Shown here piece by piece: positions 19,959 to 30,542 of a stretch of DNA of 64,000 bases. The DNA comes from an uncultured Planctomycetia bacterium (GTDB lineage: Bacteria; Omnitrophota; Gorgyraeia; Tantalellales; Tantalellaceae), in assembly GCA_964572255.1 (NCBI GenBank), contig CAZNEE010000002.1, positions 210,942 through 274,941 on the forward strand, written 5' to 3'. The position numbers were made by a program, and so were the translations under genes. Each line of letters starts with the position of its first letter. The stretch's first letter is position 1. The notes under the pieces are model-generated. The model was not told the DNA's origin. It saw nothing but the letters and a program-made list of their open reading frames with translations, and did no database searches.

Positions 19959-19969
19959 ACCTGCCCCTT

Positions 19970-20614
19970 CTATTCTCCTCTCAATTCCCTGATCGCTTTG
20001 GCGTAATCATCGGTCTTGAAGATCGATGTACCCGCAACAAGCACATCCACTCCCGCACTGGCCGCTTTTTTAGCGGTTTGGGTATTTATCCCGCCGTCAA
20101 CCGCAACGAGCCCATTGAACTTTTCTTTAAGTTTTTTTATCTTCGGCATCATGTCCGACATGAATTCCTGTCCGCCAAAACCCGGTTCAACAGTCATGAC
20201 AAGAACCATATCCACCAAATCGATCACCTCATTTAGCGCGGATATATCCGTTCCGGGTTTTATGGATACTCCTGCCTGTTTTCCGTTCTTTTTTATTCTC
20301 TCCGCGACAGCCCTGCAATTTGGACATGCTTCTACATGATAAACGATCAAGTCGCTCCCGGCCTTTGCGAAATCATCGACATATCTTATTGGATCATTGA
20401 TCATAAGATGCACATCGAAAAAAAGGTCTGTTATGGGCCTTATGGACTTGACCACAGTAGGGCCTATAGTGATGTTCGGAACGAACATGCCGTCCATGAC
20501 ATCCACGTGTATCCAGTCCGCCCCGGCTTTCTCGACCGCTTTCACCTCTTCACCGAGTTTGCTAAAATCAGCTGAAAGTATGCTCGGCGCAACCAAAATC
20601 TTCTTCTTGTTCAT
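19970..20614 (-). CDS. rpe: Ribulose-phosphate 3-epimerase
   Basis: KKILVAPSILSADFSKLGEEVKAVEKAGADWIHVDVMDGMFVPNITIGP...MTVEPGFGGQEF. The ORF track extends it to 20698, but the Met at 20614 (MNKKKIL) has a GGGAGA Shine-Dalgarno 4 nt upstream and matches Rpe N-termini; the extension would translate through a hairpin. Confidence 0.9.
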   Translation of the reverse strand: MNKKKILVAPSILSADFSKLGEEVKAVEKAGADWIHVDVMDGMFVPNITIGPTVVKSIRPITDLFFDVHLMINDPIRYVDDFAKAGSDLIVYHVEACPNCRAVAERIKKNGKQAGVSIKPGTDISALNEVIDLVDMVLVMTVEPGFGGQEFMSDMMPKIKKLKEKFNGLVAVDGGINTQTAKKAASAGVDVLVAGTSIFKTDDYAKAIRELRGE

Positions 20615-20655
20615 GTCATGTCTCCCACAATTATTACAAACATTTGCATTGTTCC

Positions 20656-20684
20656 TCGCAGGGACGTCAAATTTTCCCAGCGAG
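20656..20684. promoter_or_regulatory. Perfect 11-bp inverted repeat (GTCAAATTTTC-n7-GAAAATTTGAC) upstream of rpe, overlapping a TTGACG -35-like hexamer
   Basis: Seen directly in the sequence. On the rpe-sense strand it reads gagTCAAATTTTCtcgctggGAAAATTTGACgtccc, ~45-70 nt upstream of the rpe start. It is not followed by a U-tract, so an operator or structured leader is more likely than a terminator. Confidence 0.35.
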
Positions 20685-20790
20685 AAAATTTGACTCAAAA
20701 ATCTTCTCGCTCTCGCTGCATTTAATGCGCCAGCGAACCGTGCCCGCTCGCAGATTTGATGCCCTGCTCAAAACATAGCAAATATTCGTA

Positions 20791-21864
20791 TTACTTTTCG
20801 CTGACCATGACATAAACACGGTTTATGTCATCTATGGTCACGATGCCGATGATCTTACCGTTCCGTTCGACCGGTAAGGCGCTGGTCTGGTGCTGACCCA
20901 TCATTTTCTGCACCTTATTCAGCCCCGTAGTGATCTTCACTGCCGGCACGTCAGTTCTCATGATCTCCCTCACAGGAGTATCCTTGCCTTTTACATGTAT
21001 CCCCTGTATCATGTTCCTTCGGGTAACAAAACCTATCATTTTCCCGTCTTCCATGACGGGGAAATCCTCATTATGCGTGTGAAGCACAAGTTCCAACAGT
21101 TTTGATAAAGGCGCGTCCGGCTCAACATAAATAAAATCTTTTGAAAGTATATCAAAAACAGTATATTTCTTGATGGTTTCCTGTACATCAACCTGAAACC
21201 CTTCGCTTGATGCCGCCATATAAATAAAAACAGCTATAATAATGAGAAAGATATGGCCGTGCACAATGCCCAAATAACCGAATAGAAGCGCAAATATGTG
21301 GCCTAACCTCACGGCGACATCCGTCGCTTCTTTATAACTCATCCGGTATGACAGGATCGCTCTCAATACCCTGCCTCCGTCCATCGGAAAAGCGGGAAGC
21401 ATATTGAATACCGCAAGAACAAGATTAAGCCAATATATATGCGCGATAATGCTGATCTGGCCGGTGAACGGCACCTTCCCTATCATCATATAAAAAGGGT
21501 GCATGAGAGTATCTTTACCCAAAAGCAGCATCAAAGGATAATAAAATATGAGAACCACCATAACGTTAGACAAAGGACCCGCGATCGATATCAAAAGCTC
21601 CTGATACGGTTTTTTAGGCGACTCCGTCATCGAAGCGACGCCGCCTATCGGAAGGAGCGTTATCCTTTTTACCTTTATCCCGAAATGCAAAGCCACAAGG
21701 CTGTGGCACAATTCATGCACGGTAACAAAAAAGAATATACCGACGATCAGCGCCAACCCCCTGGGGCCGAGCAAAAGGAAGAAAAACGCCAGAAGCAGGA
21801 AAAAAGTGAAATGTATGTCTATATTTATCCCGAAAACACGGGCCAGTCTAAAGGTGCCTCTCAT
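20791..21864 (-). CDS. Site-2-protease-like zinc metalloprotease (peptidase M50 family) with C-terminal tandem CBS domains
   Basis: Multi-TM N-terminus with HExxH in a TM helix (VHELCHSLVALHFG) and a second zinc-ligand region (NMLPAFPMDGGRV), then CBS-like repeats (ILSKDFIYVEPDAPL...; IMRTDVPAVKITTGL...); 357 aa. Confidence 0.8.
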   Translation of the reverse strand: MRGTFRLARVFGINIDIHFTFFLLLAFFFLLLGPRGLALIVGIFFFVTVHELCHSLVALHFGIKVKRITLLPIGGVASMTESPKKPYQELLISIAGPLSNVMVVLIFYYPLMLLLGKDTLMHPFYMMIGKVPFTGQISIIAHIYWLNLVLAVFNMLPAFPMDGGRVLRAILSYRMSYKEATDVAVRLGHIFALLFGYLGIVHGHIFLIIIAVFIYMAASSEGFQVDVQETIKKYTVFDILSKDFIYVEPDAPLSKLLELVLHTHNEDFPVMEDGKMIGFVTRRNMIQGIHVKGKDTPVREIMRTDVPAVKITTGLNKVQKMMGQHQTSALPVERNGKIIGIVTIDDINRVYVMVSEK

Positions 21865-23132
21865 AATTTGTTCATCTCTTTCTTTATTTTGTCTTTTTCT
21901 TTTATACTGATATTTCCCACCATCGCCAAATTGACCTTTGATGATCTGAATATCTTTTCACAAACCTCTTTTATGTTTTCCACGGTAACTTCATCGATCC
22001 TCTTTACTATCTCCTCCACTTCCGGAATATGTCTGTGCACCATCAGCCTGTCGCCAAGCCAAACCATCCTGGTAGATGTCCTCTCCATGGCCAAGAGAAA
22101 CTGACCCTTGGCATATTCTTTCGCTCTCGTAAGTTCATCTTCAGTAACACCTATATCGCGTATGTTCTTGATCTCATCAAGTATGGCTATGGTGGATTTC
22201 AGGGCATTGCGGTTATCCACGCCGGCATGTATGGTAACTTCCCCGACATCGCTATGTCTTTTATAGGATGAGGAAATATCGTAACAAAGGCCGTATTTTT
22301 CGCGCAGCTCCTCAAAAAGCCGTGATGACATGTTCCCGCCGAAGATCACATTCATGAGTTTCATCGCAAAACGTTCGCTCATGTGCGAATCAACGGCCGG
22401 AAAACCCATGGCAATATGGGTCTGTTTTGTGCCGCCGTGCTCCACCTTCATTCTCGGAGATTTCTGGCTGAGAGCAGGCGATTTGAACGTCATTTTCTTT
22501 TTTTTCTTATATCCGTTAAACTTGCCTGAAGTATACTCAAAAAACTTGTCCGTATGGATCTTCCCGGCAGCCACTACAGCCATGTTCGCGGGCTGATAAC
22601 TTTTTTCCTTAAAAGACATCAATTGATCCCTTTTAAAATTTTTGACTGTTGTGATAGCGCCTGTCAACGGCCTTCCAAGGGGATTCCCCGGCCACATGAC
22701 CGAATTTAAGATATCCTGAACATGTTCGGCGGGCTGATCGCGGTACATCTTTATTTCTTCGCATATAACAAATTTCTCTTTTGCCAGATCTTCTTCGTCA
22801 AATTTCGCATTGAAAACCATGTCGCTTAAGACGCCTATGCCCAGCTCCAGGTAATTGGCGGGGACTTTTACCATGTAACACGTAACTTCATCCGAAGTAA
22901 ACCCGTTAAAAGATCCTCCTATGCCTTCTATCGCCTGCTTCAGATCTTTTGCGGTACGCTCGTATGTGCCCTTGAAAAGCATGTGTTCTATAAAATGACT
23001 TATACCGCTTTCTTTGGCGGACTCGTATCTTCCTCCGGTCCCTATCCATACTCCCACCGTTACGGAAGTCATATGAGGCATCGGGGAAACGATCACCTCA
23101 AGCCCGTTTTTCGTCTGTTTCCTTCTATACAT
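21861..23132 (-). CDS. Peptidase M16 family zinc protease (pitrilysin/insulinase-like, inverted HxxEH motif)
   Basis: HFIEHMLFKGT (HxxEH) followed downstream by a Glu-rich region; 423 aa; overlaps the M50 gene by 4 nt. Confidence 0.8.
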   Translation of the reverse strand: MYRRKQTKNGLEVIVSPMPHMTSVTVGVWIGTGGRYESAKESGISHFIEHMLFKGTYERTAKDLKQAIEGIGGSFNGFTSDEVTCYMVKVPANYLELGIGVLSDMVFNAKFDEEDLAKEKFVICEEIKMYRDQPAEHVQDILNSVMWPGNPLGRPLTGAITTVKNFKRDQLMSFKEKSYQPANMAVVAAGKIHTDKFFEYTSGKFNGYKKKKKMTFKSPALSQKSPRMKVEHGGTKQTHIAMGFPAVDSHMSERFAMKLMNVIFGGNMSSRLFEELREKYGLCYDISSSYKRHSDVGEVTIHAGVDNRNALKSTIAILDEIKNIRDIGVTEDELTRAKEYAKGQFLLAMERTSTRMVWLGDRLMVHRHIPEVEEIVKRIDEVTVENIKEVCEKIFRSSKVNLAMVGNISIKEKDKIKKEMNKL

Positions 23133-23141
23133 ACTAGTCCT

Positions 23142-23561
23142 TCATTTTTTTAAACTATCCAGATAATTCTGCAATATGATCTGTGCGGCGAGTTTGTCCA
23201 GATCCTTCCTGCGTTTTTTTCTTGAAATATCCGCCATTATCATTATATCTTCCGCTTCTTTAGTGCTTAATCTCTCGTCCCACAACTTTACCGGAAGCTT
23301 TAACTCTTTCTCAAGAAGCTTGGCGAACTTTTCACTGTCTTGGGCGCGTTCGCCTCTGGTGCCGTTCATATTCAGCGGAAGTCCGACAACCACCTCTTCC
23401 ACCTTATATTCTTCCGCTATGCCTTTGATCCGGGATATCGCTTTTTTTTCGTTCTCTCTTTTAACGACTCCCCTCGCCTGGGCAATTGTTCCTGTTTCAT
23501 CGCTGACGGCGACACCGATATTTTTGGTGCCGATATCGAGTCCCATTATTCTCATATTCAA
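23142..23561 (-). CDS. ruvX: Putative pre-16S rRNA nuclease / Holliday-junction-resolvase-like protein YqgF (RuvX)
   Basis: MRIMGLDIGTKNIGVAVSDETGTIAQARGVV RNase-H-like fold N-terminus; 139 aa. Confidence 0.85.
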   Translation of the reverse strand: MNMRIMGLDIGTKNIGVAVSDETGTIAQARGVVKRENEKKAISRIKGIAEEYKVEEVVVGLPLNMNGTRGERAQDSEKFAKLLEKELKLPVKLWDERLSTKEAEDIMIMADISRKKRRKDLDKLAAQIILQNYLDSLKK

Positions 23562-23607
23562 CCAGTTGTCTTTTTTCCGCTACCCGCGGGGATAATGCGA
23601 ACTAAAC

Positions 23608-24411
23608 TCAAGCGCCGTGTATAGCCCGGGCAATAGATCGCGCAAAAGATCCGACTTCCTTGCTTATCGCGTTTTTACGAAAAAGATTTTTCTCAAGAAC
23701 ATTTATAACAGAACTTCCGATAATTACGCCATCGGAGGCCGAAGCGATATCCTTCGCCTGCTGAGGTTTTGATATTCCAAAACCCACGCAAATCGGTTTT
23801 TTTGCCGCTCTTTTAAGTTTTCTTACCTCACTTTTCAGCTGGTCTGATAACTTTTTCCTTGCTCCCGTCACGCCGGTGAGCGATACATAGTAAATAAAAC
23901 CTCTTGATGCCGAAGCTATTTTCTTGAATCTTTTCATCGGTGTTGTCGGAGCGACTAGGAGGATCAGATGAAAATCTTCCTTCCTGGTAATACGCATCAA
24001 TTCTTCCGACTCTTCCATGGGAAGATCCGGAACGATGATACCGTCCGCGCCGTTTTTCTTGGCATCCCGGACAAACTTCTCAGGCCCGTAGTTCAGGACT
24101 ATATTGTAATAGGTCATGAATACAAAAGGCGTATCAATACTGCGTCTCAGCGCTTTTACCATAGAGAACACCTTCCGTACGGTACAGCCCGCATCAAGAG
24201 ACCTTTTAACCGCGTTCTGTATAGTCGGGCCGTCCGCAAGAGGGTCGGAAAACGGTATCCCCAGTTCTATTATATCCGCGCCCGCATCCGACAAGGATCT
24301 AATGACTTTCTTGCTTGTTGCCAGGTCCGGATCACCTGCAGTAATATACGGAATAAACGCTTTCTTTTTTTCTTGTCTTAGTTTCTTGAAAGTTTCGTCG
24401 ATTCTATTCAT
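23608..24411 (-). CDS. trpA: Tryptophan synthase alpha chain
   Basis: AFIPYITAGDPDLATSKKVIRSLSDAGADIIELGIPFSDPLADGPTIQ; 267 aa. Confidence 0.95.
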   Translation of the reverse strand: MNRIDETFKKLRQEKKKAFIPYITAGDPDLATSKKVIRSLSDAGADIIELGIPFSDPLADGPTIQNAVKRSLDAGCTVRKVFSMVKALRRSIDTPFVFMTYYNIVLNYGPEKFVRDAKKNGADGIIVPDLPMEESEELMRITRKEDFHLILLVAPTTPMKRFKKIASASRGFIYYVSLTGVTGARKKLSDQLKSEVRKLKRAAKKPICVGFGISKPQQAKDIASASDGVIIGSSVINVLEKNLFRKNAISKEVGSFARSIARAIHGA

Positions 24412-24464
24412 GTGTTTCCTTTTTTTTATGAACCTGTTTCCGCCGCTTCGCGATAAAAACGGGC

Positions 24465-25661
24465 TTAAAGATCAATATTCTCGGTGATAATCCCCATATC
24501 CTTGTCTCCCCGTCCGGAAAGACAAAGAACGATCACGTCTTTTTTCTTAACTTTCTTGGCTATTTTTTTCAGGTAATATACAGCATGTGCCGATTCGAGT
24601 GCCGGTATTATTCCCTCCGCCCGCGAAAGAAGCTTTACCCCCTCGAGCGCTTCTTTATCCGTTACACTTACATATTTTGCCCGGCCGCTCTTTTTGTAAA
24701 ATGAATGTTCCGGACCCACACCCGGATAATCAAGACCGGCAGAGACAGAATGCGCCAGTTTCACCTGCCCGTCTTCATTTTCAAGAAGGTAACTCTTACT
24801 GCCATGAAGAACGCCGACCCTGCCCTTCATGAGAGCCGCCGCATGATGCCCGGTCTTAATACCAAAACCGGCTGCCTCAACACCTATAAACTTCACCTTT
24901 TTATCGTTGTAAAAAGGATGAAATATGCCGATAGAATTACTTCCGCCGCCGACGCATGCCACCAGATAATCCGGAAGTTTTTTCTCCTTTTTAAGTACAT
25001 CTTTTTTTGTTTCCAGTCCGATCACAATTTGAAAATCCCTTACCATCAAGGGATATGGATGCGGGCCGACAACTGAGCCGATTATGTAATGCGTGTCCCT
25101 TACATTGGTAACCCAGTCTCTTATCGCTTCATTGGTCGCATCTTTAAGTGTACAGGAACCGCTTGATACGGGTATAACACGTGCACCCAGGAGTTTCATT
25201 CTGAAAACATTCAGGCTCTGCCGTTCGATATCTTCCGTCCCCATGTAAACATCACACTTAAGACCGAAAAGCGCCGCTACCGTGGCTGTTGCCACGCCAT
25301 GCTGACCCGCGCCTGTCTCGGCAATAACGCGTTTTTTGCCCATTTTAAGAGCAAGAAGCGCCTGGCCTATAGTGTTGTTTATCTTATGCGCGCCTGTGTG
25401 AAGAAGGTCTTCTCTTTTTAGATAGATCTTCCCGCCGCCAAGTTCCCTGGTAAGTTTTTCGGCAAAATATAACGGAGTCGGCCTTCCCGCATACTCTTTA
25501 AGATAGTAATTTAATTTGTCCTTGAAAGCTTTCGTCATGCATATGCGTTTATATGCAGATGTAAGTTCTTCTAAGGCCGGCATAAGTGTCTCCGGTACGT
25601 ATTTACCGCCGAAACGGTCAAAATATCCTTTTTCATTCGGTAATTTAGGCATTTTTCGCAT
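24465..25661 (-). CDS. trpB: Tryptophan synthase beta chain
   Basis: PLP-lysine motif [19 protein letters not shown] and GGGSNSIG loop; 398 aa. Confidence 0.95.
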   Translation of the reverse strand: MRKMPKLPNEKGYFDRFGGKYVPETLMPALEELTSAYKRICMTKAFKDKLNYYLKEYAGRPTPLYFAEKLTRELGGGKIYLKREDLLHTGAHKINNTIGQALLALKMGKKRVIAETGAGQHGVATATVAALFGLKCDVYMGTEDIERQSLNVFRMKLLGARVIPVSSGSCTLKDATNEAIRDWVTNVRDTHYIIGSVVGPHPYPLMVRDFQIVIGLETKKDVLKKEKKLPDYLVACVGGGSNSIGIFHPFYNDKKVKFIGVEAAGFGIKTGHHAAALMKGRVGVLHGSKSYLLENEDGQVKLAHSVSAGLDYPGVGPEHSFYKKSGRAKYVSVTDKEALEGVKLLSRAEGIIPALESAHAVYYLKKIAKKVKKKDVIVLCLSGRGDKDMGIITENIDL

Positions 25662-26292
25662 TTTGTATGAACTCCTTTAAGAGATTTTCATCTTTCCTGC
25701 CCGGCTGGCTTTCCACCCCGCTTGATACATCCACGCCAAAGGGATTAACAACCTTGACGGCATCCGCGACATTTTCAGGGTTAAGGCCTCCCGCAAGAAA
25801 AAATGGTTTTACTATAAAATCTTTTACACTGTTTAACACATCCCAATTGAACTTTGAACCTGTACCACCCGCTGTTTCAGGATGAAAGGTATCAAAAACA
25901 AAATAATCCACTTCGGTATATTCCTCCAAAGGCGGCCCCACGATCTTATCGGACACTTTGAGAGCTTTTATTATGCCTACTGATCTTCCTTCCCTCTGGA
26001 AAGCTTCCTTAAGATCGCCGCAATAACCGGGGCTTTCCGCACCATGAAGCTGAACGAGATCAAGATCGCAATAAAACGCGGTTCCCAGCACCTTATCGAT
26101 CTCTTCATCCATAAAAAGCCCGACTTTACCGGCTTTATCCGCAAGAGTGATGATGATCTTTTTCGCGATATCGGGCTCAACAACTCTCGGGGTATCTTTA
26201 ATGAAAATAAAACCCAAGTAATCAGCGCCGAGATCGCATGACTTTTCAGCATCCTCAAAATTGGTTATCCCGCAGATCTTTACTTTTACCAT
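25645..26292 (-). CDS. trpF: N-(5'-phosphoribosyl)anthranilate isomerase
   Basis: [30 protein letters not shown]...QLHG TIM-barrel PRAI signature; 215 aa; overlaps the trpB start by 17 nt. Confidence 0.9.
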   Translation of the reverse strand: MVKVKICGITNFEDAEKSCDLGADYLGFIFIKDTPRVVEPDIAKKIIITLADKAGKVGLFMDEEIDKVLGTAFYCDLDLVQLHGAESPGYCGDLKEAFQREGRSVGIIKALKVSDKIVGPPLEEYTEVDYFVFDTFHPETAGGTGSKFNWDVLNSVKDFIVKPFFLAGGLNPENVADAVKVVNPFGVDVSSGVESQPGRKDENLLKEFIQNAKNA

Positions 26293-26294
26293 AT

Positions 26295-27071
26295 TTATTC
26301 CCGCATCAGCTCCCTGACTTTATCGCCGATATTATCCGCGCGCATGAATGTCTCGCCTATCAAAACAGCATGCACGCCTAAACTTTTAAGGAACATCACA
26401 TCTTCATAAGTTTCTATGCCGCTTTCCGAAACGATTATCTTTCCCTGCGGTATGAGCCTTATAAGCCTTTGAGTGTTCGAAATATCCACTTCGAAATTTT
26501 CAAGATTTCTGTTGTTAATGCCTATTATCGAAGCATGGCTGTTCACCGCTTTCTCTATATCTTCCTCATTTTTCACTTCGACCAGGCAATCAAGGCCAAG
26601 TTCCCTGGCAATATTAAGGTACCGGTTAAGCTCTTCCGGCGTAAGTATCTGCGTTATAAGGAGTATCGCATCGGCGCCGGCAACAGCGGATTCGTATATC
26701 TGATACTCATCAATAATGAAATCTTTCCTTAGAACAGGTATGGTAACCCTCTCTTTTATCATCTTAAGATATTCGAGCTTTCCGTCAAAAAACCTTTCAT
26801 CCGTAAGGACACTTATCGCGCTTGCGCCGGACGCCTGATAGGTCAAGGCTATCTGCAGGGGATTGAAATCTCCCCTGATTATTCCTTTTGAAGGTGAACT
26901 TTTCTTTATCTCAGCAATAAGGTTTATATGTCCTTTTCTCGAAATATTCCGTTTGAACGAACTTCTTATACATAAAGATCTGGCTTTGTCCTCCAATTCC
27001 TTAAGAGGGATTTTCTCCCGGGCTCTTTCGACTTCCTGCCTTTTCTCTTCAACGATCTTTGTTAAAATCAT
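26295..27071 (-). CDS. trpC: Indole-3-glycerol phosphate synthase
   Basis: IAEIKKSSPSKGIIR...LRKDFIIDEYQIYE...IGINNRNL IGPS signatures; 258 aa. Confidence 0.9.
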   Translation of the reverse strand: MILTKIVEEKRQEVERAREKIPLKELEDKARSLCIRSSFKRNISRKGHINLIAEIKKSSPSKGIIRGDFNPLQIALTYQASGASAISVLTDERFFDGKLEYLKMIKERVTIPVLRKDFIIDEYQIYESAVAGADAILLITQILTPEELNRYLNIARELGLDCLVEVKNEEDIEKAVNSHASIIGINNRNLENFEVDISNTQRLIRLIPQGKIIVSESGIETYEDVMFLKSLGVHAVLIGETFMRADNIGDKVRELMRE

Positions 27072-28090
27072 TCAACACCTTCATTCGTCATCTTTATGAG
27101 TTCTTCTAATTTTTCTTCCGCTTTTCCCGAATCTATGGATTCGGCAGCCATTTTTACTCCTTTTTTCAGGTCACTTGCCTTGCCGGCTGCCATAAGCGCC
27201 ATGCTGGAATTTGCAAGAACTATGTCCCTTTTTGGCCCTTTTTTGCCGGACAGGATATCTTTTATGATCTTAGCGTTCTCTTTTGCCGTCCCCCCTTTAA
27301 TGTCCTCGAGTTTCCCTTTTTTTAGACCGAATTCTTCGGGCTCAACATAATAGGTACTGAGTTCCCCTTTATCGAACTCACTCACCTTTGTTCTCGCTGT
27401 TATCGTGACTTCATCAAGACCGTCATCGCCATGCACAACATATGCTTTATCGACCCCAAGGTTCCCGAGTACTTCAGCCATGGTCTCGGTCACCTCCGCG
27501 TTAAACACGCCAAGGACCTGGCATGTCGCGGATGCAGGGTTAGAAAGCGGCCCGATGATGTTAAATATCGTTCTTACCCCCACCTCTTTCCTCGGCCCGA
27601 CAGCATGTTTCATCGCGCTGTGATAAAGAGGCGCGAACATGAACCCTATGCCTATAGAATTTATGCATTTTTCTGCAACTTTAACGGGTACATCAATTTT
27701 AACGCCAAGTTCTTCAAGCACATCGGCGCTTCCGCATTTACTTGAAGCGGATCTATTCCCGTGTTTGGCGACTGTAACACCCGAGCCCGCAAGGACAAAA
27801 GCTACAGCAGTCGAGATATTAAACCTGTCGATGCCGCTTCCCCCTGTACCGCACGTATCAAGAACCGGTTTCTTTTTCACTTTTATCTTAGCAGCTTTCT
27901 CGCGCATGACTTCCGCGGCACCGGTTATCTCTCCTACAGTCTCAACTTTCATTCTAAGAGCCACTATGAAAGCCGCCACCTGTGCGGGGGTGGCCTCACC
28001 GCTCATTATTATCTCAAAAGCGGAACGGGTCTCCTCTTCCGTAAGATCCTCGAAATTCACAACTTTTTTTATCGCTTCTTTTATGTCCAT
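27068..28090 (-). CDS. trpD: Anthranilate phosphoribosyltransferase
   Basis: LDTCGTGGSGIDRFNISTAVAFVLAGSGVTVAKHGNRSASSKCGSADVLE; 340 aa; overlaps trpC by 4 nt. Confidence 0.9.
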   Translation of the reverse strand: MDIKEAIKKVVNFEDLTEEETRSAFEIIMSGEATPAQVAAFIVALRMKVETVGEITGAAEVMREKAAKIKVKKKPVLDTCGTGGSGIDRFNISTAVAFVLAGSGVTVAKHGNRSASSKCGSADVLEELGVKIDVPVKVAEKCINSIGIGFMFAPLYHSAMKHAVGPRKEVGVRTIFNIIGPLSNPASATCQVLGVFNAEVTETMAEVLGNLGVDKAYVVHGDDGLDEVTITARTKVSEFDKGELSTYYVEPEEFGLKKGKLEDIKGGTAKENAKIIKDILSGKKGPKRDIVLANSSMALMAAGKASDLKKGVKMAAESIDSGKAEEKLEELIKMTNEGVE

Positions 28091-28102
28091 ACGATCACCA
28101 TC

Positions 28103-28675
28103 TCAGTTCTTGGAAAGGCTTAAAAAATTCCTTAAAATATTCATTCCTTCTTTTGTAAGGATAGATTCCGGATGAAACTGCACGCCCGATAGCGGAAAAT
28201 CTTTATGCCTGATTCCCATCACCTCATTATCCTCTGTCCATGCCGTTAAAATCAAGGGGTCCTTTAAGGTTTTTGGATCCACTACAAGTGAATGATATCT
28301 TGTTGCCGTAAACGGTGACGGTATCCCGCTAAAGACATCTTCGCCGTCATGGTAGATCTGGCTTACCTTTCCGTGCATGATCTTATCTCCTCTGCCGACA
28401 TCGGCGCCATAAACTTCGGCTATGCACTGATGCCCCAGGCACACTCCAAGTATAGGTATCCTGCCGGCTAATTTCTTTATCACATCTTTTGATATACCGG
28501 CATCATCGGGCCTTCCGGGACCGGGCGATATTACTATTCTTCCGGGAGACTTTTTCTCTATTTCCTCAAGAGTTATCTTGTCGTTCCTGTATACTTCGAC
28601 CCTCTCGCCAAGCTCGCCAATATATTGAACGAGGTTATACGTAAAAGAATCGTAGTTATCTATGACGAGTATCAT
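28103..28675 (-). CDS. trpG: Anthranilate synthase component II (TrpG/PabA-type class I glutamine amidotransferase)
   Basis: [23 protein letters not shown]...GVCLGHQ (catalytic Cys)...FHPES (His-Glu); 190 aa. Confidence 0.85.
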   Translation of the reverse strand: MILVIDNYDSFTYNLVQYIGELGERVEVYRNDKITLEEIEKKSPGRIVISPGPGRPDDAGISKDVIKKLAGRIPILGVCLGHQCIAEVYGADVGRGDKIMHGKVSQIYHDGEDVFSGIPSPFTATRYHSLVVDPKTLKDPLILTAWTEDNEVMGIRHKDFPLSGVQFHPESILTKEGMNILRNFLSLSKN

Positions 28676-30147
28676 TCTAATCCCCTCTCCGCAAATTCAA
28701 TAGCCTTGATCATCGCCATCGCCTTATTTTGTGTCTCTTCAAACTCTTTTTCAGGCTCGGAATCCAGAACTATACCGGCTCCCGCCTGTATGTAAGCAAT
28801 ATCGTCTTTCATGACGATAGTTCTTATAGTAATGCAGGTATCGATATTGCCCGAAAAACTTATATAGCCGATGCACCCCGCATAAGGGCCTCTTTTTATA
28901 TTTTCGAACTCATCTATGAGTTCCATGGCCCTTATCTTAGGAGCGCCGGTGACGGTGCCCGCCGGAAAAGTCGCCCTCATCAGGTCATAAACGTCCCTTT
29001 CTTTACTGAGATTCCCCACTATGTCGCTGACAATATGCATAACATGCGAGTATCTTTCGATCCGCATGACCTCACGCGGCTGGACCGACGTATAATCGCA
29101 GACCCTTCCGATATCGTTACGGCCAAGATCGACCAGCATGATATGCTCGGCCTTTTCTTTAGGATCGGCTAAAAGTTCTTTTTCTAATCTTTTATCTTCT
29201 TCGTCTGTTTTTCCGCGTTTTCTTGTTCCCGCTATCGGCCTTATTTCGACAAGACCGTCTTCACATCTTACATGTATCTCGGGAGAAGATCCGATCAGTT
29301 TATATTCCCCGAATTTCAGGTAGAACATGTAAGGCGAAGGATTGATCGACCTTAAGGATCTGTATATCGAGAACGCATCCGCGTCCGTTCTCCTCTTGAA
29401 TCTCTGCGAAAGCACGACCTGGATGATATCTCCCGAACGTATATACTCTTTAGCGCCTTCAACAGCGTCGCAAAACTCTTTCTTCGTAAAGTTTGATTCT
29501 ACCTCTTGTTCAGCCGTTTTGATTTCTTTCGGCTCACCGGAAGCATCGCCGAGTTTAAGTTTTTCGATTATCCTGTCTATTTTTCTGACCGCCGCATCAT
29601 ATGCTTTATCGGGGCTGTTATCAACGATCGCGTTAGATACGACTTTGATCTTTCGGTCAACATGATCGAAAATAAGCAAAGTATCTGTCAATGCAAGTTG
29701 CATATCAGGAATATCCATCCCCTCAGGGTTTTCATCGGGTATATTTTCAAAAAAGCGGATCATGTCGTAGCCGATATAGCCGACAAGCCCCCCGCAAAAT
29801 CTTGGAAGGCCTTCAACGCTGACAAACTTGAAATCTTTCATGATTCTCTTAGCTTCATCTATAGGGTCGGTCTTTGTCGTGAAAGACTCTTCCTTTTTGC
29901 CGCGCCTGATGGTAATATTCTTACCCTTACTCTCAAGAACAAGCGACGGGTTACTCCCAAGGAACGAATATCTTGCTATATTTTCGCCGCCCGTGACAGA
30001 TTCCAACAAATACGAAAAATTTCCTTCCTCGATCTTGGTGAACGCTGAAATAGGCGTGCCAAAATCAGACAGAACTTCCCTGTACACAGGGATCACGTTA
30101 CCCTTCTTAGCCAATTCTTTGAACTGTTCCTTAGTCGGGAAATACAT
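28672..30147 (-). CDS. trpE: Anthranilate synthase component I
   Basis: Chorismate-binding domain motifs ([37 protein letters not shown]); 491 aa. The ATG at 30147-30145 overlaps the hisI stop (TAATG) by one nucleotide. Confidence 0.9.
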   Translation of the reverse strand: MYFPTKEQFKELAKKGNVIPVYREVLSDFGTPISAFTKIEEGNFSYLLESVTGGENIARYSFLGSNPSLVLESKGKNITIRRGKKEESFTTKTDPIDEAKRIMKDFKFVSVEGLPRFCGGLVGYIGYDMIRFFENIPDENPEGMDIPDMQLALTDTLLIFDHVDRKIKVVSNAIVDNSPDKAYDAAVRKIDRIIEKLKLGDASGEPKEIKTAEQEVESNFTKKEFCDAVEGAKEYIRSGDIIQVVLSQRFKRRTDADAFSIYRSLRSINPSPYMFYLKFGEYKLIGSSPEIHVRCEDGLVEIRPIAGTRKRGKTDEEDKRLEKELLADPKEKAEHIMLVDLGRNDIGRVCDYTSVQPREVMRIERYSHVMHIVSDIVGNLSKERDVYDLMRATFPAGTVTGAPKIRAMELIDEFENIKRGPYAGCIGYISFSGNIDTCITIRTIVMKDDIAYIQAGAGIVLDSEPEKEFEETQNKAMAMIKAIEFAERGLE

Positions 30148-30536
30148 TACTTGTCTCCGTAAACCTCGTCAGGATCAAATACGCGTTCTTCAACTATTTC
30201 CGTACTGCCGTCTTTTCCCATCTTTTGATAATAACAAGTAAAATAACCCTCGTGGCATGCCGCGCGCTCTTGATCAACCTTAAAAAGAAGAGAATTATTC
30301 GCGCAATCTTTATAAGCCTCTTTCACGGTTTGAACGCATCCTGATGTCTCTCCCTTTATCATTACGCGTCCTTTTGACCTGCGGAATACATATACCTTCT
30401 TCTCTTTAAGGGTCTTTTCTATCGCCTCTTTGCTCATGTAGCAAAGGGTCAGGACTTTTGAACTTTTCTCGTCCTGTATTATTGCAGGAATAAGCCCTTT
30501 ATCATCAAAATTGAGTCCCTCTAAAAAATCCATCAC
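30147..30536 (-). CDS. hisI: Phosphoribosyl-AMP cyclohydrolase (monofunctional HisI; no HisE domain)
   Basis: GLIPAIIQDEKSSKVLTLCYMSKEAIEKT...ACHEGYFTC; 129 aa, too short for a HisIE fusion. Confidence 0.9.
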   Translation of the reverse strand: MMDFLEGLNFDDKGLIPAIIQDEKSSKVLTLCYMSKEAIEKTLKEKKVYVFRRSKGRVMIKGETSGCVQTVKEAYKDCANNSLLFKVDQERAACHEGYFTCYYQKMGKDGSTEIVEERVFDPDEVYGDK

Positions 30537-30542
30537 TTCTCC

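Noticed and set aside
20615-20698. N-terminal extensions proposed by the ORF track for rpe (to 20698), cinA (to 39718), valS (to 5269) and cimA (GTG at 6836)
   Set aside because: Internal Met codons with better Shine-Dalgarno spacing and family-typical N-termini exist. The extensions are non-homologous and would translate through palindromic hairpins or overlap the upstream gene extensively.
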